A program made the position numbers and the translations under genes. Of a DNA stretch of 64,000 nt, positions 30,034-37,013 are shown one piece after another. The notes below the pieces were generated by a model that saw only the letters and a list, made by a program, of their open reading frames with translations, had not been told where the DNA came from and ran no database searches. The DNA comes from Candidatus Latescibacterota bacterium (GTDB taxonomy: Bacteria > Latescibacterota > UBA2968 > UBA8231): positions 5,952,001-6,016,000 of the forward strand of contig CBDETY010000003.1 in NCBI GenBank assembly GCA_965243025.1, given 5' to 3'. Positions within the stretch are counted from its first letter, which is position 1; every line of letters starts with the position of its first letter.

Positions 30034-30142
30034 TTTTCATCCTCATCGGATAAAGGTTATACAACGATTCCTCCGCTTCCCAACCCTTGAAACTTCGCGC
30101 AGCCACCTGCGCGTCGATTGCGGCCTCACCTCCTTCCTTCGG

Positions 30143-31216
30143 TTACCCCCCTCTCAGCCATTTGCCGAGGTCAGTCAGGGGCGGGGCCAGGTTGCCCGCG
30201 AACACCGTGGTCAGCAGCGCCCCGGCGACGATGAAGGGGACGAACGGGAACCCCTGTTCCCGCGCGATGGAACTTTCATCCGGCAACTCCTGATTTCCCT
30301 GCCGGCGAAGGGCGTGCGCCTGCTTCTTCGACAGCGGCTGGTCCGCCTCGCAGACCACCGTTCCGTCCGCAGTCTCCAGCTCCAGGCGGTGCCGGGGCAC
30401 GTCTCCTGCCCGCACTTCTTCGGCCGCAACCGTGCGCACCAGGGCGCGGCCGTACTGGAAGCGCACCTGCAGGTACACCACTTCGAGCAACCAGACGACC
30501 CCCAGCATCAGCACACAGGTCTGCCAGGCCCCGGTGGTATGGGACAGGTAGAGCAGGGCGGCGATCCCCGGCAGCAGGATCACGTTCCAGTACTTCTCCT
30601 CGATTCCCCGGTCGAGCAGGCGGTAGCCGACGACGAGGGCGGCCAGCGCTTCCAGGTAGCTGAGCGGGCGCTGCAGCACCAGCCAGGCGAAGGCCAGGGC
30701 GAGGCCCAGCAGTCCGGCCAGGCCCCAGGCCGCCCGCAACCACTGTCTTCCCCCGGGGCGCACCGCCTGCGATTGGCCCTCTTCCTCGGGCTCCCGGCGC
30801 CACAGCGGCACCAGCAGCAGCACGAGCAGGTAGCAGATCAGACTGTTCAGGATCAGGGCGAACGGGGCGGCCTGCATGGCCAACGGTTCGGGTGACGGGC
30901 ACAGGCTCGGGGGCAGGGCAGCGACCGCGGCCCAGAACAGCTTGGCGTCTCCCGGAGCCCAGAACCCGAACAGGGTCAGCCCGACGGCCACCGCCAGGCC
31001 GATCCCCAGCAGGGAGGCGACGCGGCCGAAGGTAGTCACGTCGAGGGCCACCATCGCCGCCTGCCCGATCAGCCCGATCCCGAGCAGGGCCAGGGTGTAA
31101 CGGTTGGGCACCCGCCTCGCCTTCAGGTCGGTGTAGCCGGTGTAGAACCCCACCGCCAGCAGGCTGGCGAGCATGGCAGTCTCCACGAGAAAGACCGGGT
31201 CGGTGAACAGGTTCAT
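30143..31216 (-). CDS. A24 family (prepilin/preflagellin-type) aspartic peptidase, intact, 357 aa
   Basis: Multi-TM; YTDLKARRVPN, GFWAPGDAKL, C-terminal GFPFVPFIVAG. Confidence 0.85.
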   Translation of the reverse strand: MNLFTDPVFLVETAMLASLLAVGFYTGYTDLKARRVPNRYTLALLGIGLIGQAAMVALDVTTFGRVASLLGIGLAVAVGLTLFGFWAPGDAKLFWAAVAALPPSLCPSPEPLAMQAAPFALILNSLICYLLVLLLVPLWRREPEEEGQSQAVRPGGRQWLRAAWGLAGLLGLALAFAWLVLQRPLSYLEALAALVVGYRLLDRGIEEKYWNVILLPGIAALLYLSHTTGAWQTCVLMLGVVWLLEVVYLQVRFQYGRALVRTVAAEEVRAGDVPRHRLELETADGTVVCEADQPLSKKQAHALRRQGNQELPDESSIAREQGFPFVPFIVAGALLTTVFAGNLAPPLTDLGKWLRGG

Positions 31217-31355
31217 TGGCTTCCCTTCCGCCGGAGGGCGATGGCGGCCAGGATCCGTACTGCCGGTCTGGGGGTAGTCACACTTGCTGATTCCGCGGTA
31301 AAGTCTGTCGCGACGGCTGAAACTCACGAATACTATCCCTGACATTTACTTTTAC

Positions 31356-31371
31356 TGCACAATTCGTGCCA
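31356..31371 (-). promoter_or_regulatory. Sigma54 -24/-12 promoter
   Basis: Minus strand TGGCACGAATTGTGCA; matches TGGCACG-N4-TTGC with one mismatch. Confidence 0.8.
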
Positions 31372-31524
31372 GGTCTGGAAAAAACCGGCTTAACTCCGGT
31401 CCAGATAAGGAGTTAAGGCATTTGTTAAAGGATCGAGAGAGGAGGGAGAACTGTCGCAAAAAACAGAAACCTCACCGTGGAAAAATGCGATATCAGTGTG
31501 TTTATGATGGAGTTATGAAAAAAA

Positions 31525-31556
31525 TCGCATTTTGCGACGCGATTCGCATTTTGCGA
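31525..31556. promoter_or_regulatory. Tandem palindromes, putative bEBP enhancer (UAS)
   Basis: TCGCATTTTGCGA at 31525-31537 and 31544-31556. Confidence 0.65.
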
Positions 31557-31615
31557 CGCGCACAGGGATGGGTTTCCCGGTGCGTTTCCAACCATTCTGC
31601 AACCAGAGGCCATCC

Positions 31616-32995
31616 ATGCCAGACACCCCGGTACACATCGGCTCCGACCGCCAACTGCTTCTCGACAGCCGCCTCATCGACGAGCTGCGGGATGCCCGCC
31701 AGGTTCTCCACCAGCCCGAACGCCGCGAAGCCGCGGTGCGCATCGACCACCCCTGGGAGGAAGGGGGCCTCGCCTACGCCGTGCTCTTCGAGGACGGGGG
31801 GCGCTTCCGCGCCTGGTACCGCTGCATACCCCACGCCGACAACAACCGGACCGACAGGGCCTGCACCGCCTATGCCGAAAGCAGCGACGGCATCACCTGG
31901 CGCAAGCCGGAGCTCGGCCTGATCGACTTCCGGGGTTCGACCGCCAACAACCTCGTCATCGACGATCCCGACCTGGTCAACTTCTCCCCGTTCCTCGATG
32001 AGGAAGCCCCGGTTGAAGAGCGCTACAAGGGGATCGGCCGGCGCGGGGCCATTTTCACCGCGGCCTCGCCCGACGGCCTGCGCTGGCGCAAGAACCCCGA
32101 ACCGGTGCAGACCGAAGGCCCGTTCGACTCGCACAACATCGCCTTCCGCGACCCGTGGACGGGCCAGTACGTCATGTACACCCGCGGCATCCGCCGCGAC
32201 GGCGAGCTCGGCCACGGGGCCACCCGCGCCTTCAAGGGGGGCGTTCGCTGGATTCGCAGGGCAACCTCCGACGACTTCCACCACTGGAGTCCGCTGGAAG
32301 CCATCGACACGGGGGACGCGCCGCTGGAGCACCTGTACACCAACTCCTGCGTCCCTTACGAGCGCGCCCCCGGACTCTACCTGATGTTCCCCTCCCGCTT
32401 CGTCGACAGCCGCAGCCCCACGCCGGGCTGGCCGTACCCCGGGGTCAACGACGCCGTGCTGATGAGCAGCCGCGACGGCCTCCGCTTCGACCGCCTCTTC
32501 CCCGAAGCCTTCGTGCGCCCGGGACCGGACCCCGGCAACTGGCACGACCGCGGCGTCTACGTAATGCGCGGCCTGCTGCGCACCGGACCGGCCGAGCTGT
32601 CGCTCTACATGACCGAGCACTGGCGCCTGCCCACCTCCTGCATCCGCCGCCTGACCCTGCGCCTCGACGGCTTCGCCTCGGTGCAGGCGCCCTACCGCGG
32701 CGGCCAGCTCGTCACCAGGCCGCTGATCTTCAGCGGCGATCAGCTGCGGCTCAACATGTCGACCTCGGCGGCCGGCAGCATCCGCGTCGAGGTCCGGGAC
32801 GAAAACGGCAGGCCATTCCCGGGGCTGTCGCTGGGCGACTCGCCCGAGCTGTTTCAGGACCGGACGGATCTGGCGGTGGAGTGGAAATCCGGGGCCGGGG
32901 TGGGTCCCCTGGCCGGGAGGCCGGTGCGCCTGCGGTTCGTCATGTACGACGCCGACCTGTACGCGCTGCGTTTCTGCCGCAGGGACGACGAGTGA
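31616..32995 (+). CDS. Glycoside-hydrolase-like five-bladed beta-propeller protein
   Basis: YAESSDGITWRKPELG, SPDGLRW, FDSHN, SRDG repeats; C-terminal VRLRF..ADLYAL. Confidence 0.7.
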   Translation: MPDTPVHIGSDRQLLLDSRLIDELRDARQVLHQPERREAAVRIDHPWEEGGLAYAVLFEDGGRFRAWYRCIPHADNNRTDRACTAYAESSDGITWRKPELGLIDFRGSTANNLVIDDPDLVNFSPFLDEEAPVEERYKGIGRRGAIFTAASPDGLRWRKNPEPVQTEGPFDSHNIAFRDPWTGQYVMYTRGIRRDGELGHGATRAFKGGVRWIRRATSDDFHHWSPLEAIDTGDAPLEHLYTNSCVPYERAPGLYLMFPSRFVDSRSPTPGWPYPGVNDAVLMSSRDGLRFDRLFPEAFVRPGPDPGNWHDRGVYVMRGLLRTGPAELSLYMTEHWRLPTSCIRRLTLRLDGFASVQAPYRGGQLVTRPLIFSGDQLRLNMSTSAAGSIRVEVRDENGRPFPGLSLGDSPELFQDRTDLAVEWKSGAGVGPLAGRPVRLRFVMYDADLYALRFCRRDDE

Positions 32996-33117
32996 TTCGC
33001 CGCTGAGTATGGGATATCAAGCAGGGTCGCGGTGCCTGGCCCGGGTCCCTCCGGTGCCCCCAGGCCACGAAGCCGGGCTCCGCAACCGGGGGGTTCCCCG
33101 CACCCCCGGCCTCGCGC

Positions 33118-35049
33118 TCACATGTAGGTGATGACGTTCCCCGTGCCGCCGGCGATGGCGTCGATGACCGCCCAGAACCCGGCCACGGTCACCTCTCCGA
33201 GGATCATGCCGAGGAAGACGGGCTTGAGGAACCGGTAGACCCGCAAGCCGCCGTAGCCGAGGATGACGGCCTTCAGCGCCCAGGCGAGGAAGGCGGGGAA
33301 CCAGATCTCGCTGGTGAGCCAGCCGACGGCGACGGTGAACCCCAGGGGGTGCAGGGGCCACCAGGACCAGCGCTTCTGCGCCAGCAGCAGGAACCCTTCC
33401 ACGGCCCCGCCGATGCCGGTGAACACCCAGCCGCGCAGGTCGGGGACGGTCGGGTTGTGCATCCACGACAGCAGGTAGTGCCAGCTGTACGCGAACCCGG
33501 GATAGGTGCCGAGGTTGTTGCCGCCGTAGGTGTAGCCGATCCGCAGGTTCATCCAGGTGGCCGCGGCGAGGCTGCACAGGAGCGCCAGCAGCATCGCCCA
33601 CAGCAGCCGTCGCTTCGACCCGGGGACGCTCTCGGCCAGCTTGAGGGCGTTGGCGCAGGCGAGCATCGGGGACATCCGCATCTCCGCCTGCCAGGCCATG
33701 GTGAACCCCAGCGCCACCAGCCCCTTGGCCCCGAGAATGGAAGTGCCCATTCCGGAGATGACGAAGTACGGGGCGATCAGGGGCGGGCGCGCCGTAGGCA
33801 CCCCGCTGGCGGCGACGAGGCGGGTGACGAAGAGGTAGTAGACGAGGCAGATGCCGAAGAAGAGGGGCAGCACGGCCAGCGGGATTCCCGACCGCCAGAG
33901 CCAGGCGCAGACGAAGATCCCCGAGCCGATCATGCCGAAAAAGGCCAGCCGGTAGGGCATCAGCTCCTCGCTGTCGTCCACGCCCTGCGAGGGCCGCCAG
34001 GCCTTGACGGCGACGTCGCGCAGGTGGCGGCGGGCGATCCACAGGCCGTAGAGGACGAAGGCGATGACGGCCCCGGCGGCCTGGTGGGAGAAGTCCGCGG
34101 TCTGCGAGTACTCGAAATAGCTGAGCCGTTCGGTGCTGGCGATCCCGAGGCGGCGGAACAGCCCGCCCTGCAGCTTGAGCAGGAGGTAGAAGAACCAGAT
34201 GCTGAAGGAGATCTCGAGGTCGACGAGGTAGAAGAAGCCGAGCCAGGCGTAGCTCAGGGCGATCCCCTCGCCCCAGGCATCGATGCTGCGGAACCAGTTG
34301 ACCCAGCCGAGGTAGAAGGGGAACTCCGGTATGGCCGGGAAGTAGTGGTTGAGTCCGGTGAGGCTGAAAAGCGTGAAGGGGATGGCGAAGCCCAGCCACA
34401 TCCCCCTCTTCCTGAAGAAGGGCAGGATGCGGCTCCCGGGTGAGTCGGCCCCGTCGAGCATGCGCGCCGGCAGCTGCACCATCGGGTAGCTGAGGCGCTC
34501 GTGCCGCGACCACTGGCGGTGCATGATCGCGGCCATGCAGAACATCATGAAGCTCAGGGCGAGGTAGAAGGCGAACCAGTGGCCGAGCGGCTCGATCCAG
34601 GCTCCCCAGGGGATCGACTCGCCGCGGGGCAGGCCTTCGTACAGGTGGAAGATCGCCCCGCGGTCCCGGGGGACCATCCATTCGGGGATGTAGGGGTGGT
34701 AGATCCCGGCGAACTCGTTCTCCGCGGTGGCGAAGTAGTAGGGCCCCGTGAGGATGACGATGAGGAAGTTGAGGAAGTTGTAGGTCGGCGCCGTCACCGC
34801 CACCATCAGCATGGCGTAGACGAGGACGAGGTCTCCCCTGCCGAGACAGAAACATCTCCCGATCATGCCGAGCAGGGTGTTGACGGCGAAGACGAGGAGG
34901 AAGAAGAAGAAGATGGCCCCCGGCGAGGAGCTGTTGATCCCCATGGCCGAGGCCTGGAGAACGAAGACGACGTACGGCGCGCACAGGCTCACCGCGACCG
35001 CGAAGACGGTCCCGACGATGAACCCCTTGGCGGTGAAGGGGGACCTCAA
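33118..35049 (-). CDS. Polytopic membrane protein, DUF6785/DUF6784-like (putative transporter)
   Basis: 643 aa, many TM helices; RQW..HERLSYP, WWPLHPLG, GGLRVYR..P.FLGMILG. Confidence 0.75.
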   Translation of the reverse strand: MRSPFTAKGFIVGTVFAVAVSLCAPYVVFVLQASAMGINSSSPGAIFFFFLLVFAVNTLLGMIGRCFCLGRGDLVLVYAMLMVAVTAPTYNFLNFLIVILTGPYYFATAENEFAGIYHPYIPEWMVPRDRGAIFHLYEGLPRGESIPWGAWIEPLGHWFAFYLALSFMMFCMAAIMHRQWSRHERLSYPMVQLPARMLDGADSPGSRILPFFRKRGMWLGFAIPFTLFSLTGLNHYFPAIPEFPFYLGWVNWFRSIDAWGEGIALSYAWLGFFYLVDLEISFSIWFFYLLLKLQGGLFRRLGIASTERLSYFEYSQTADFSHQAAGAVIAFVLYGLWIARRHLRDVAVKAWRPSQGVDDSEELMPYRLAFFGMIGSGIFVCAWLWRSGIPLAVLPLFFGICLVYYLFVTRLVAASGVPTARPPLIAPYFVISGMGTSILGAKGLVALGFTMAWQAEMRMSPMLACANALKLAESVPGSKRRLLWAMLLALLCSLAAATWMNLRIGYTYGGNNLGTYPGFAYSWHYLLSWMHNPTVPDLRGWVFTGIGGAVEGFLLLAQKRWSWWPLHPLGFTVAVGWLTSEIWFPAFLAWALKAVILGYGGLRVYRFLKPVFLGMILGEVTVAGFWAVIDAIAGGTGNVITYM

Positions 35050-35074
35050 CGGATGCGGACAGGTGCGGTTCGGG

Positions 35075-35866
35075 TCAGCCCAGCTCGACGGTGTCGGTCC
35101 GGCCGATCTCCTTGGGGTGCATGTAGTCGTCGTCGCTGACGAGCTCGACCAGGGGCGGCGGCAGCAGGGCCTTCAGGCCGTCGGTGTAGCGGTGGTCCCA
35201 GCCGCGGGTCTGGGTCTTGTAGCGGTAGTTGACCATGCAGCGCTGGCGGTCGGCCGGACGCCACGGGATGACCCCGTGGGTGGTCAGCTCCGCGAAGAGG
35301 ACGGCGTCGCCGGCGGCCGGGGTGACGTTGACGACCCCGGGGGGAAGCTCGTCGCCGATGACGCCGCCGTGGAACGACTCCTGCGGCCGCGGGAAGGCGC
35401 TCTTGTGGGAGCCGGGGACGAGGACGAGGCCGCCGTCGCCGGGACGCACCTCGGTCAGGTAGAAGAAGATGACGAAGTCGTTGCAGAAGACGCGCCCGTC
35501 GCGGCACTCGTAGCGGGTCGCGTCGAAGCCATAGTCCTCGCGGGCGCAGTGCAGGTGGAGCCCCCCTTCCCCCTGACTGTTGCAGATGACGCCGCTGCCC
35601 GACATCTGCGGCCGGCCGTTGGTCAGCTCGCGGACGATAGGCCAGGTCTTCGGGTGCACGGCGAGGGCGTCGAGGGCCGGGTCGAAGCCGACGGCGTGAT
35701 GGTACTCCTTCTCCAGGATCCGGTACCCGTCCGGCAGCTCTTCCGGGGGGGTGCCCAGGTAGCGCTTCGCCGCCTCCTGCGCCCGCGCCAGCTCATCACC
35801 CTGCAGCACCTGCTCCAGGTGGAGGTACCCGGTCAGGTCGAAAAAGTAGCGTTGTTCCGGTGTCAT
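35075..35866 (-). CDS. Phytanoyl-CoA dioxygenase (PhyH) family protein
   Basis: YFFDLTGYL, VPGSHKS, AGDAVLF.E..THG. Confidence 0.85.
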   Translation of the reverse strand: MTPEQRYFFDLTGYLHLEQVLQGDELARAQEAAKRYLGTPPEELPDGYRILEKEYHHAVGFDPALDALAVHPKTWPIVRELTNGRPQMSGSGVICNSQGEGGLHLHCAREDYGFDATRYECRDGRVFCNDFVIFFYLTEVRPGDGGLVLVPGSHKSAFPRPQESFHGGVIGDELPPGVVNVTPAAGDAVLFAELTTHGVIPWRPADRQRCMVNYRYKTQTRGWDHRYTDGLKALLPPPLVELVSDDDYMHPKEIGRTDTVELG

Positions 35867-36053
35867 GTTTCCCTCTGCTCCTCGTGAACGGCCGGCGGTC
35901 CTTTCTTATATCTCCGTTTGAAATGCTGCGGGCCTGATCTTGGGCCACATTCACCGACAACGCAAGGAGGCTGCCGGGTGTGGATTTGAACCGCCGCCAT
36001 CCCCGTGAGGATACGGCCCTGGCCGCTGGGAACCGCGTGGGCCCGAACTGACC

Positions 36054-37010
36054 GTGTCCGGTTCTACCGCATCGCTTCCTTCCGCCTTCGTCGAACGCCT
36101 GAAGGAAATCGGCTCCTGTTCCGGGGTCGAGGTCGACTGGTCCGCCTTCGGGCGGGAGCGGGCCACCGCCTTCCGCTGCAACAGCCTGAAAACGGACGCC
36201 GCCTCGCTGCGGGCGGAGCTGGAGTCCGCCGGGTTCGCGCTGCGTCCCGTGCCGGGGATCGACGGCGCCTTCGCGGTCGGCCAGGAGCAGCGGCGCGCCC
36301 TGACCGGGACCCGGGCGAACGCCGAGGGGCGGCTGTTCATCCAGAACCCGTCGAGCATGGTTCCGCCCCTGGCCCTCGATCCGCAGCCGGGGGAGGAGGT
36401 GCTCGACCTCGCCGCGGCCCCCGGCGGCAAGGCCTCCCACCTCGCCGCCCTCATGGGCAACAGCGGCCGCATCGCCGCGGTGGACTCGGCGCGGCCCCGC
36501 TTCTTCCGCCTGCGCCGCACCCTCGAGCAGCTCGGGGTAACCAACGCCGGCACCTACCTCCGGGACGGGGCCGGCGTCTGGAAGGTGCGGCCGGAGCACT
36601 TCGACCGCGTCCTGCTCGACGCCCCCTGCTCCGGGGAGGGGCGCTTCACGACGGCTGACACCGCCTCGTTCGCGCGCTGGAGCGAGAGGAAGGTCGCGCA
36701 GATGGTCCGCCGGCAGAGGCGGCTGCTCTACTCGGCGGTCCGCGCCCTGAAGCCGGGCGGCGTGCTCGTCTACAGCACCTGCACCTTCGCCCCGGAAGAG
36801 AACGAGCTGATCGTCGAGTGGGCCCTGCGGCGCTTCGCCTGCCTGCGGGTCGAGGCGGTCGAGTTCGAACTGCCCTCGGCATCCGCCGGAATCACCCGCT
36901 GGCGGAACAGGGAGCTGGATCCGGACCTGAAGCGGGCCCTGCGGATCTGGCCCGACGGCGTCATGGAGGGGTTCTTCGTCGCCCGCCTGCGCAAGACCGC
37001 GGGCGGGTAA
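36054..37010 (+). CDS. RsmB/NOP (RsmF-like) RNA m5C methyltransferase
   Basis: VLDLAAAPGGK, DAPCSGEG, VYSTCT..PEENE, GFFVA. Confidence 0.92.
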   Translation: MSGSTASLPSAFVERLKEIGSCSGVEVDWSAFGRERATAFRCNSLKTDAASLRAELESAGFALRPVPGIDGAFAVGQEQRRALTGTRANAEGRLFIQNPSSMVPPLALDPQPGEEVLDLAAAPGGKASHLAALMGNSGRIAAVDSARPRFFRLRRTLEQLGVTNAGTYLRDGAGVWKVRPEHFDRVLLDAPCSGEGRFTTADTASFARWSERKVAQMVRRQRRLLYSAVRALKPGGVLVYSTCTFAPEENELIVEWALRRFACLRVEAVEFELPSASAGITRWRNRELDPDLKRALRIWPDGVMEGFFVARLRKTAGG

Positions 37011-37013
37011 GCT

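Larger units (their letters stand above)
31260..31558. repeat. About 300-bp regulatory block, copy 2
   Basis: Direct repeat of about 26850-27150. Confidence 0.9.

Noticed and set aside
23604-31216. Tad or type IV pilus locus
   Set aside because: No ATPase, TadB/C or PilC, or secretin; precursors lack the Glu+5 helix after G|F and carry AxA sites and Cys cores; such genes could still lie elsewhere in the genome
30143-31345. Longer 400-aa start for the A24 peptidase
   Set aside because: The extension runs through the duplicated promoter leader; the paralog and the ATGA overlap support a start at 31216
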